A stretch of 64,000 nucleotides of DNA from the IMG/VR virus record IMGVR_UViG_3300031857_000091, positions 1-64,000 of that record. One strand, given 5' to 3'. The notes under the pieces are model-generated. The model saw only the letters and a list, made by a program, of their open reading frames with translations. It searched no databases and was not told where the DNA came from. The position numbers and the translations under genes were made by a program. How positions within the stretch are numbered: position 1 is the first letter of the stretch; each line of letters opens with the position of its first letter. This document shows, piece by piece, positions 19,905 to 28,068 of the stretch. This stretch comes from a virus.

Positions 19905-20612
19905 ATGAAGAATAAAACAAAGTTAAAAGACGGTGACCATGTCTGGGAAGAATGGGGAAGGGGGTATTACTTTGAAGATAATATATATCCCGGCATTAGT
20001 TCTATTTTGTCTAAGACTATGCCCGAATCAAAGAAAAAGGCTTTAGCTAGTTGGAGAGCAAGAGTCGGAGATGCAGTCGCTGAAGAAATCTGTAATGAAG
20101 CTCGAAGCACTGGTACTCGGTGGCATAATTTCCTAGATTCATTTGCCAAAAAAGACTATATTTCGGCACAAAGAATACTGTTTCCTGATACTGATGTGCA
20201 GGATTATTATGCTCAAGCTAAAGATTTTTTGTTGAAATTTGCTTCAACAACATCAGATGTTTTAACGGAATTGCCTATATATAGCCATAAGCATGGTTAT
20301 GCGGGTACTTTCGATTGCATGGTTACAGCTGGTGGAAAAAAAATACTGCTTGACTGGAAAACGTCTATGAAAAAAAAGAAGCGGGAATGGATAGATGATT
20401 ATTTTCTTCAAGTAGCAGCCTATGCTCATGCACTGAGAGAAACAAAGGGCATAGCTGTTGACCGAGCTTCTATAGTTATTTTCTACTCTTTTCAAGAGCC
20501 AGATATTTATAAGCTCAGCAAAGATGACCTTACTGAGCAATTTGAGATATTTAAAGAGCGGTTAAAGTTGTTCTATGAATTATTTCCGTCGTCAACGCCT
20601 ATACTAAGCTAG
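19905..20612 (+). CDS. PD-(D/E)XK exonuclease (phage Cas4/lambda-exo-like)
   Basis: YPGISSILS..WRARVG, GTRWH, GYAGTFD, LLDWKTS, YFLQVAAYA. Confidence 0.85.
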   Translation: MKNKTKLKDGDHVWEEWGRGYYFEDNIYPGISSILSKTMPESKKKALASWRARVGDAVAEEICNEARSTGTRWHNFLDSFAKKDYISAQRILFPDTDVQDYYAQAKDFLLKFASTTSDVLTELPIYSHKHGYAGTFDCMVTAGGKKILLDWKTSMKKKKREWIDDYFLQVAAYAHALRETKGIAVDRASIVIFYSFQEPDIYKLSKDDLTEQFEIFKERLKLFYELFPSSTPILS

Positions 20613-22975
20613 GCAAAAATTGACGATCGCCCGTTAGAGCCATTGACATCATTCCGTCTATAGCGAGTCATTGAAACTGATTGTGTAGGTATTGCAGATA
20701 GAGAGAGAGTCATTTCATCAGGACAATAGTATAACCCATCCTGTAGCTGTTTTAAGTTATAGGAAATGTTAGTAATAATATATTCTTGCCCGTCTACCGT
20801 ACATTTAACCCCTTCCTTAAGAACTTTATAGTAACGGAAAAACATTACTCTAATTTGAGTTGTATGGACATCCATTGACTTTTTAATTAGAGAGTTTAAG
20901 GCAGCTTTTTTGCCATCATTAGGAGTCACTGCACCACTAAAACTAACTGAAGAATAAGGAACGGGACTATTAAAATCGCTTCCACTACTTGAGACTGCGG
21001 TGGGAGTGTTATTAGGCTCTTCGGATTCTTCTGGAATGCTTCTCAAAAAATATCTGTAAGTTCTATCTTCTGCATACCCACTGGGTAAATCTATACTTTC
21101 TCTATCAGGGTCAGGTAACTTGGTGTGCACCGAAGGGCGGCCGCTGTACTGAGTGGAACTTCCAATCATAATTGAAGATGATGAATGATCGCCTTCAACA
21201 GAATGAGAATAATCTGTAGTGGTAAATAATTCTGGAGTTTTTTTATCAGCTCCTACAGCTTGAGGGATTAGTATCTGTGTTTGACTGGAGTCTTTTCTCT
21301 CTTTATGGGCAATCAGTGGTGGGTAGGGAGACCCAGGGTCATTTGGATCGTCTTTGGGATTCGGTTGTAATTCTTGTATATTAGAATAGGATGATGTGTT
21401 ATAAACAAATTTATTAGGAGCACTATTTCTGGGTATTTCTATATCATCGTAATAATCTGCCATATCTGCCAATAAATACCCAGTCCTTTCAAAAATATTG
21501 TACCTAAATAATGGTGGAGAGCTAGTACTGTTTATATCTGGGAAAACAGGGTTATCGCCTGCATATTGAATTGGATTATAGAAAGTATAGGCATTATATT
21601 CTCTGGCTTTAGCTTTCCATTCCGGAGGCGGTCCATTTTCTGTATTGGTGGTAGTAGTAGTAGTCGCTGAATTGTAAAAAGTATCAATCCACAGATTAGC
21701 AGCTTCGTAGTCTCCCGATTCTCTTTTTAATCTTCCTAGTTTCCATCCAGTTTTTCTGGAGCTAGTTAAATAGCCGTCTGAGTCATAGTAATACAAAGTA
21801 GTTGTTTGTTCGACCTGTTTCCAATAATTAGAAACAGATCCTACTGCGAAAGAATTAAAGTTTAAGGGCCATTTCCCCCCATTTTCTACCATTTCGTCGT
21901 AGGCTGCACCGTTTTCGGGAAGAGTAAACAGTTGAGAAGATACAAAAACATATCCCCAGATTTGTTCCTGTACTTCTAAGGGGTTTCCGTCTTTTTCTTT
22001 TATTATTCTTGCGGTTTTAGTTCTGCCTCCATTGTCAAACACATTGCCAGGGTCTTTGAGGTCATCAGCATAATTACTGAGTAATATTATTCCTTCTGAC
22101 CCGCCGGGATGCTGTAAACTTGCAAAGCTTGTGCAATTTTCATATTCATATCTAGTGGTAACTTCTCCTTCGTTTGAACTTTCCCCAGAAATGTCTTCTA
22201 GCTCTAGCTCGGTATTTTGATAGATGGGAATCTCTTTTACTGATACTTGCATGGTTTCATCAAGAATATAAATTCTATCTATTTCAATAGAACCTATTCC
22301 CGTAACCAAAGAAACTCCTCTAATTGTAGGCTCTGAATACATTAGACATTGATTGTCACTTAGTAACAAGGCTGCTTCTAATTCTGACCGAGGAGTTATT
22401 ATTACTTCGGAGTCAGGAGCAAAATATTTTGTATAAGCCGATTCTCCGATAGAGATTGGAGTAGATAGCCTTGATTGAACGCTTCTCCAAGTTATTCTAG
22501 TAGTTTCAGAAGAAAATCTAATGGGTATATCTAATTCATGCAATGGAGTTTCTGCCCCTCTCGGTGCGTGCTCTCCCGTTAATGAAAGAGTGACTGAATA
22601 GGCAGTTTCAACAGTCGATATATATTGAGTAATGGTGTAGCTAGAAATAATAAAGTTTATCTCCATTAATCTAACTGGGCTACCAATGGTAACAGATGGA
22701 GCATCGTAACTATAAAAAGTAGCTGTAGCTGAAGGGTGCTGATCTAACCCTCTACTAATTTGGATGTCGGTAAAGTCATAATCTCCTACTTCGTCTAGCT
22801 CTTTAACTTCTCGTAAAAGTAAAGCCGTGTTGTCAAAGTTTCCTGTAGGGACTGTAGCGATCGCCCCACCATTAAACTCAGGCTGTATTGTTATTAAAGC
22901 TCCTCCATAAGTTTCCGTCTCTGTTATAGTCTCTGGAGAAATATTTAAGGTACTGAAATCAATTATGGATGCCAT
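20609..22975 (-). CDS. Large hypothetical protein, probable tail/baseplate component
   Basis: 788 aa, beta-rich, C-terminal GQEYIITNISYNL..TLSL pattern typical of hub-like proteins; inference only. Confidence 0.45.
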   Translation of the reverse strand: MASIIDFSTLNISPETITETETYGGALITIQPEFNGGAIATVPTGNFDNTALLLREVKELDEVGDYDFTDIQISRGLDQHPSATATFYSYDAPSVTIGSPVRLMEINFIISSYTITQYISTVETAYSVTLSLTGEHAPRGAETPLHELDIPIRFSSETTRITWRSVQSRLSTPISIGESAYTKYFAPDSEVIITPRSELEAALLLSDNQCLMYSEPTIRGVSLVTGIGSIEIDRIYILDETMQVSVKEIPIYQNTELELEDISGESSNEGEVTTRYEYENCTSFASLQHPGGSEGIILLSNYADDLKDPGNVFDNGGRTKTARIIKEKDGNPLEVQEQIWGYVFVSSQLFTLPENGAAYDEMVENGGKWPLNFNSFAVGSVSNYWKQVEQTTTLYYYDSDGYLTSSRKTGWKLGRLKRESGDYEAANLWIDTFYNSATTTTTTNTENGPPPEWKAKAREYNAYTFYNPIQYAGDNPVFPDINSTSSPPLFRYNIFERTGYLLADMADYYDDIEIPRNSAPNKFVYNTSSYSNIQELQPNPKDDPNDPGSPYPPLIAHKERKDSSQTQILIPQAVGADKKTPELFTTTDYSHSVEGDHSSSSIMIGSSTQYSGRPSVHTKLPDPDRESIDLPSGYAEDRTYRYFLRSIPEESEEPNNTPTAVSSSGSDFNSPVPYSSVSFSGAVTPNDGKKAALNSLIKKSMDVHTTQIRVMFFRYYKVLKEGVKCTVDGQEYIITNISYNLKQLQDGLYYCPDEMTLSLSAIPTQSVSMTRYRRNDVNGSNGRSSIFA

Positions 22976-23365
22976 CTACAGATTATATCTCCGAGTAACT
23001 TCAATTAGTTTAACTGTTGTCCCTTTGCTCAATGATTGATTTCCAATTCTTGCGCTACTACCTACTTGCTTAAGGTCAGCAATATACATTTGCCTAATAG
23101 TCATATCGCCATCATCTGGATTAATATAATCTTCTACGGTTAATCCAAGAGGAAATTGGTTTTCACTCATAGCCAGTAATCGAGTATAGATTGTCCTGCG
23201 ACCATCATTAACGGTTATCTCGCAACCAAATCTTTTTGGAAGTTTTAAGACTTGTACACTGCTACTCCCTGTAAATTGAATTTCTTCCCCTTCCCATATC
23301 TGGTTATAACCTCCTAACCATGGGATTAATTCTACATCTTCAACGACTATTTTATTAAAACTCAT
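22976..23365 (-). CDS. Hypothetical protein, possible distal tail component
   Basis: 129 aa, directly coupled to the 788-aa gene. Confidence 0.4.
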   Translation of the reverse strand: MSFNKIVVEDVELIPWLGGYNQIWEGEEIQFTGSSSVQVLKLPKRFGCEITVNDGRRTIYTRLLAMSENQFPLGLTVEDYINPDDGDMTIRQMYIADLKQVGSSARIGNQSLSKGTTVKLIEVTRRYNL

Positions 23366-23446
23366 TTTAGTTAATTTTTAAGATTAGAAAATTAAAGTAT
23401 TATTTATCATGTTGACTTATTTAAACACAAACAATAAACAAAAAAT

Positions 23447-24634
23447 ATGGAAAACGCTTTTTTATTTGCAATACAGTGCGAGAAAAATGTTTTAATGGAC
23501 GCGGTTAAATTTGCTAGTGGGTTTATTGCTGCTAGACCTAGTCATCCTATCTTAGGGGGAATGCTATTTAAGGCTCAAGATGAATTCTTAGAAATAGAAT
23601 CAACGAATTTAGACCAGGGTTGCAAAATTAAAATACCTTGCACCACTACAATCAAGGGGGGAGTCGTTTTACCAGGAAAACAGTTAAACTCTCTACTTAA
23701 TAATCTAGTGGGAGATACTATTAGTATCTATTTAACTGAAGTAAATACTAAACAAGGCATAGTATCTAATAATGATTATATAGCAGTTATCCGTTGTGGT
23801 CAGCAAGAAGCAGCATTAGTAACTAGTTCTATCAATGAATATCCTGAGATTAACTATAGTGGAGAATCAAAATTAGAGATAGATGCCCAGTTATTTAGCT
23901 CTTCTATCCTAAAAACAATTCACTGTACTTCGTCAGATTCATCCAAGATGGTGCTATGTGGAATCAACATAGCATCTTCTCCACGCGGGTTAACTTTTTC
24001 TGCAACCAATGGACATTATCTGGCTACAGCAACTATCCCCGGTCATTACGAGCAGGGTATTAGCTTAACTGTTCCAGGTGTGTTTTTGTCTAGGGTGCAA
24101 AAATTGTTGAAAACTGCTGAAACATTGACTTTTGCTATTAAGGAGAATGATTTAATTGCTGAGTTAACTACTAATCTAGGTAAAGGAGGTATTGTCGATA
24201 TTGCATTATACTCTAGACTGCTGAATGGGAATTTCCCACAATGTGAGAAGCTAGTTCCAGCTACTTTTAAAAGAGAAGTTTTATTCTCTAAAGAACAGTT
24301 AGCCCAAGCTCTAAATTTAATTGGCTGTTGCGATAGCGATGATTCACGCACAGAATATACTTGCTCGTTTGAGATACAGGATGAACAGACAAAAATCACT
24401 AAGTCTGGCTCTTCGGTTTTAAATGTTTGTCAATTAACAAGCTCAACACTGTTAGTGGGAAATGGTTTAACTATTGGGTTCAATTACCTTTATTTTAAGA
24501 ATCATCTATCGGCTTTATCTAGCGATGACGTGGTACTGAAGTTTAACAATGAGCGTAGCCCTGTGATTATGCAAGGGCAAGATGAAGCTCTAGATTCCAC
24601 TCTTTTAATTATGCCAGTGCAGTTAAAATCATGA
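23447..24634 (+). CDS. dnaN: DNA polymerase III beta sliding clamp
   Basis: RPSHPILGG, STNLD, ATNGHYL, SRLLNGNFP, IGFN, LIMPVQL; 395 aa. Confidence 0.92.
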   Translation: MENAFLFAIQCEKNVLMDAVKFASGFIAARPSHPILGGMLFKAQDEFLEIESTNLDQGCKIKIPCTTTIKGGVVLPGKQLNSLLNNLVGDTISIYLTEVNTKQGIVSNNDYIAVIRCGQQEAALVTSSINEYPEINYSGESKLEIDAQLFSSSILKTIHCTSSDSSKMVLCGINIASSPRGLTFSATNGHYLATATIPGHYEQGISLTVPGVFLSRVQKLLKTAETLTFAIKENDLIAELTTNLGKGGIVDIALYSRLLNGNFPQCEKLVPATFKREVLFSKEQLAQALNLIGCCDSDDSRTEYTCSFEIQDEQTKITKSGSSVLNVCQLTSSTLLVGNGLTIGFNYLYFKNHLSALSSDDVVLKFNNERSPVIMQGQDEALDSTLLIMPVQLKS

Positions 24635-24924
24635 ACACTAGTGACTTACTTAATTGCAATTTAGCGATCGCTGTTCCATTGGCAACAAAGGAATACAAGC
24701 AATTCCCGGAAAAATGGGAGGCTGATAGGGAATTAATTGTTAGTTATGCTGATGTTTTTGCACATCAAGGTGATGAGTTGTTATTTTACCAAAAAGGGGT
24801 AAGCGGTCAACTATTTGTAAAATTAGCCAGAGCCTTGGCATGGGCATCTTTTTTGCCTGGTGGAGTTAGATTTAATGGTGTGCTATACGAGGCTAATTTA
24901 ACTAACATGAACAAATCTCTGTAA
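24631..24924 (+). CDS. Hypothetical protein
   Basis: 97-aa ORF coupled to dnaN by ATGA overlap. Confidence 0.6.
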   Translation: MNTSDLLNCNLAIAVPLATKEYKQFPEKWEADRELIVSYADVFAHQGDELLFYQKGVSGQLFVKLARALAWASFLPGGVRFNGVLYEANLTNMNKSL

Positions 24925-25192
24925 TCAATTCCACGTGCTCTGGTGTCAATTTAAACCATTCCCCACTAGGGCTGCACCGATGAAACATTAATAATCGATG
25001 CAGTCTTTTTTCTATGGCATGGGCATTAGCTACAGGAAAAACTTTAATTAGATGTAGCCTAGCATTATTCCCTGTTTGTAGTTGCTTTACTCTCTTCAAT
25101 GGGTTGTCAGAGATACCAATTTTGTAGATAGCTTCTGTGTTTTTCTGGATTAAATAAATATATTGAGGTTTAATCTCTGTTTGTTTTTTCAT
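24902..25192 (-). CDS. GIY-YIG (T5orf172/MUG113-like) nuclease domain protein
   Basis: YIYLI..YKIGISDNPLKRVKQLQTGN..IEKRLH..GEWF. Confidence 0.85.
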   Translation of the reverse strand: MKKQTEIKPQYIYLIQKNTEAIYKIGISDNPLKRVKQLQTGNNARLHLIKVFPVANAHAIEKRLHRLLMFHRCSPSGEWFKLTPEHVELITEICSC

Positions 25193-25220
25193 AAAATTGA
25201 CATGGTATTATAAGTAAATA

Positions 25221-25248
25221 CCCCTCGCGGTGAGCAAACACCCAGGGG
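25221..25248 (+). promoter_or_regulatory. Leader hairpin, copy 2
   Basis: cccctcgcggtgagcaaacacccagggg. Confidence 0.7.
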
Positions 25249-25278
25249 TCATACATACTCATTAGCAAGTAATGCACT

Positions 25279-25587
25279 ATGACAAATTTAGCACAGAATA
25301 CCCAGGAGATTTGGCGCAAGATTATCGATCATTTAGAGCCACTTACAACTAGAGAGTTGTTAAAATATCAATGCACATTAATTGAGTTTGACGGTGAAAG
25401 CGCTCGTATTGGGATTAGTTCTGAAAACCTATTGAAACTAGTTCAAGGGAAACTGACTAATTTACAAGCAGCTTTTACCACTACTTTTCAACGTCAAATC
25501 AAAGTAACTCTAGAAGTAGCACCCATTGGGTTTGAAAAGAAAAATAACCTTCCTCCCCCCTTACCTTCTTCTGTAGCAACTGATTAA
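25279..25587 (+). CDS. Stand-alone DnaX(tau) C-terminal-like / DnaA-N-like domain
   Basis: IWRKIIDHLEPLTTRELLKYQCTLIEFDG..LVQGKLTNLQAAF..RQIKVTL resembles the C-terminal domain of cyanobacterial DnaX. Confidence 0.6.
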   Translation: MTNLAQNTQEIWRKIIDHLEPLTTRELLKYQCTLIEFDGESARIGISSENLLKLVQGKLTNLQAAFTTTFQRQIKVTLEVAPIGFEKKNNLPPPLPSSVATD

Positions 25588-25591
25588 AGTA

Positions 25592-25730
25592 TTGAAACAC
25601 CTAGACTTATTCTCGGGAATCGGTGGCTTTAGTCGAGCTGCTGATTTTCTTGATTAGAAACCCCAGGATGTAAATACTCCACAACAAGCTTATGTGGCGC
25701 TAAAAGTTTTAGACTTTTGGTTAAAGTGTG
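25592..25730 (+). pseudogene. Internally deleted C5 cytosine DNA methyltransferase remnant
   Basis: LKHLDLFSGIGGFSRAA (motif I) then TAG at 25655-25657; ~20 nt later TPQQAYVAL (motif X-like tail). Confidence 0.7.
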
Positions 25731-25753
25731 TTTTAAAAAATCTCAAAAAGTAC

Positions 25754-25782
25754 TTGACATTTTTAAAAGTGTCTGTTAACTT
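25754..25782 (+). promoter_or_regulatory. Conserved sigma70-type promoter, copy 3
   Basis: TTGACA-tttttaaaagtgtctgt(17)-TAACTT. Confidence 0.8.
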
Positions 25783-25814
25783 AGAGAAGTAAGCAAAACA
25801 AAGGAAAATAAGCC

Positions 25815-26534
25815 ATGGAATGTATTCAAATTATTGTCAAAATCGAGTCACAAGAAATCGTAAAACTTTTAAAAGAGAAAGGAAATGAGCTTGACAATCT
25901 TATTTCTTTGCATGGGCAGTACGCAACTTTCGCGGGAGATTCCACTTTTTCTTGGAAATGGTTAGCTGATAACCTTCTCTTCATGAACGATTGGTATGAT
26001 GCTGATTGCATCGAATTTCGTGAAGATAATGCTCTTATTGTAGCTGCTTTATGGCAGCATGATGGCGAAGAAGGTATTACCAAGTGGTATGCCTGCAATG
26101 GATGTAGCGACGATTTTATCGTTGACAACGAGTTTATTAGTAAAGTCATTGCAAAGATTTGGATTGAAGAAACGGATATAACTTATTTTAACTTTGACAG
26201 AACAAAATGGCTTAACGCGCGTGCTCAAAAAGCTAAGCCAGTTTCTAATAAAATTGATGTCCCTTCACGGGAACAAATTACAAGAGATTGGCTGGTGTCA
26301 TTGACTATTGCTGACTGGCAAGATTTGCTAAAGCAGCAAGTTGTCAAAACTAAGATACTAGATGACTGGGAAAATCCTATATTTAAAAAACTCCAGCTTG
26401 AGTATAAAGGATTATCTTATGAGTTTCCTAAATTGGCTTTACAAGCCATTGAAGAAGGTAAAGGATGGATTGGAGTTGAAGCTATCAAAGCCAAGCCCGT
26501 TCTCAGAGCAAAACCAGTATTAAATAAAAAATAG
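25815..26534 (+). CDS. Hypothetical protein (promoter-cassette gene)
   Basis: 239-aa ORF, AAGGA RBS. Confidence 0.7.
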   Translation: MECIQIIVKIESQEIVKLLKEKGNELDNLISLHGQYATFAGDSTFSWKWLADNLLFMNDWYDADCIEFREDNALIVAALWQHDGEEGITKWYACNGCSDDFIVDNEFISKVIAKIWIEETDITYFNFDRTKWLNARAQKAKPVSNKIDVPSREQITRDWLVSLTIADWQDLLKQQVVKTKILDDWENPIFKKLQLEYKGLSYEFPKLALQAIEEGKGWIGVEAIKAKPVLRAKPVLNKK

Positions 26535-26544
26535 GAGAATAGAT

Positions 26545-26784
26545 ATGTTTGAGAATTTGTTGATTTGGTTTGACGTCATTAGAGGGGCACGTCCCCGCCG
26601 TCATTTATGGCAGGCTCTTAGTAATTTCACCGAGAACAATGTTAGCTCACCATGGGCAAAAACTTTTAAAAGATATATCGATGATACCTATGTTTATTAC
26701 GGGGAAAGCGATATTTCTTATCGAGAATGGTTAGGGAGACATTTTTGGGCAGAATTAAATCTTGATGATTTTGAAGAGATTTAA
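26545..26784 (+). CDS. Hypothetical protein
   Basis: AGGAG RBS; followed by hairpin terminator at ~26802-26840. Confidence 0.7.
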   Translation: MFENLLIWFDVIRGARPRRHLWQALSNFTENNVSSPWAKTFKRYIDDTYVYYGESDISYREWLGRHFWAELNLDDFEEI

Positions 26785-26881
26785 TTTACTGCTTCAAGAA
26801 TAAAAAGCACTTAAGTTTGTTACAGCTTAAGTGCTTTTTATATTGGATAAAATAAATAATAGTTACTAATATAGGTTAAAC

Positions 26882-27007
26882 ATGATTATTTTATACTGCT
26901 TAAGTTTTTTGGGGATATTCTTTTTATTACTATTGTGGCGGACTGGATTATTGAATATTTTTTTTATTGCCTTTATCTGCCAATTTGAAAACCTATTGAC
27001 AAAATAA
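26882..27007 (+). CDS. Small hydrophobic peptide (41 aa)
   Basis: MIILYCLSFLGIFFLLLLWRTGLLNIFFIAFICQFENLLTK, AGGT upstream; below ORF-track cutoff. Confidence 0.4.
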   Translation: MIILYCLSFLGIFFLLLLWRTGLLNIFFIAFICQFENLLTK

Positions 27008-27017
27008 GTAAGATTAA

Positions 27018-27260
27018 TTATTCTCCTAAAGAAAAATTGTTAATTAAAAAAGCGGTAGAAATGCGATAAAGTTGATTATTTAACCGTCTGAGATAAGAAT
27101 AATCACCGTCACATTCAGTCAAGAAAAAAGTTTCGTAAACAGAAGAATCAAAATAATCAGGATAATTGCTGTAGTAAGAAAAAATATTACAGTCAGATAA
27201 TACTAATGCTCCTTGACATTTGACCTTTTGCCCTATCAACATTTCGACGTTGTACAACAT
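27018..27260 (-). CDS. Hypothetical protein
   Basis: 80-aa ORF coupled to the PEP-CTERM gene. Confidence 0.5.
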   Translation of the reverse strand: MLYNVEMLIGQKVKCQGALVLSDCNIFSYYSNYPDYFDSSVYETFFLTECDGDYSYLRRLNNQLYRISTAFLINNFSLGE

Positions 27261-27895
27261 TATTTAGTTTTGAGGGATTTGTTGATTGACTTTGATAAAA
27301 ATAAGCCAGTGATTCCTAAAATAGATGAGATAACAGTGGTAGGCTCTGGAACAGTTGTAGGCTCAAATTCTACAGGAGAGCTTGCTATCCCACTTAGAGA
27401 AAAGCTTTGATTATTTGGTATCCCTTGAGCAGAGATACTGACTTGCCCAGGTAATATATAAGTGCCGTTAGAAACAGGAACGCGCCACTGTCCATTAAAT
27501 GTTGCCCCAGTAAACCGCTGAGCACCGGACCTAAAGTTACTGCCATCTTCGCCAGGATTGTTTGGATAAAAAATAATTTTATTTGTAATTAAAGGGCTAG
27601 GAGCAGTAGGTTGCCCATTTCCAATAGTTCCTAGTGGAGAAAGATTAATAGGTTGAATATCAACAGGTCCATTAAGCCCTAAATTTGGTAACGGATTCCC
27701 ATCAGTATCTATTCCCCCAGAGAAAAAGGTAGATGTTAGGATTGCTGAATTGTTGGCAAATTTTAATTGTGTATTGCTTAAGCTTGCATCTCCGGCAATA
27801 GTAATGCGACCAACCGTGGCAGCAGATGCCATAGCAAAACTAAGATTAGCAACAGCCCCAGTCAGTAACGCAGTTAATTTAAGAATATTTTTCAT
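27260..27895 (-). CDS. PEP-CTERM sorting domain surface protein
   Basis: Signal peptide ending AMASA; C-terminal VPEP + hydrophobic helix + basic tail. Confidence 0.88.
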   Translation of the reverse strand: MKNILKLTALLTGAVANLSFAMASAATVGRITIAGDASLSNTQLKFANNSAILTSTFFSGGIDTDGNPLPNLGLNGPVDIQPINLSPLGTIGNGQPTAPSPLITNKIIFYPNNPGEDGSNFRSGAQRFTGATFNGQWRVPVSNGTYILPGQVSISAQGIPNNQSFSLSGIASSPVEFEPTTVPEPTTVISSILGITGLFLSKSINKSLKTK

Positions 27896-28007
27896 TAGCT
27901 TTAATTTTAAAAATATATCTCATTTAAAATTTAACATATTTTTTAATACGCTACCTTGATTAACTCTTTTTTTGTTTACAGAATAACGTACAATGGCAAT
28001 AGAAACA

Positions 28008-28035
28008 CCCCTCGCGGTGCGCAAACACCCAGGGG
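28008..28035 (+). promoter_or_regulatory. Leader hairpin, copy 3
   Basis: cccctcgcggtgcgcaaacacccagggg followed by cagtcaacc as in copy 1. Confidence 0.7.
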
Positions 28036-28068
28036 CAGTCAACCTACTTCACAGACAAGAGGTTAACA

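Noticed and set aside
19905-20612. CRISPR-associated Cas4
   Set aside because: Lacks the four-Cys Fe-S pattern and any cas context; fits a stand-alone phage exonuclease.
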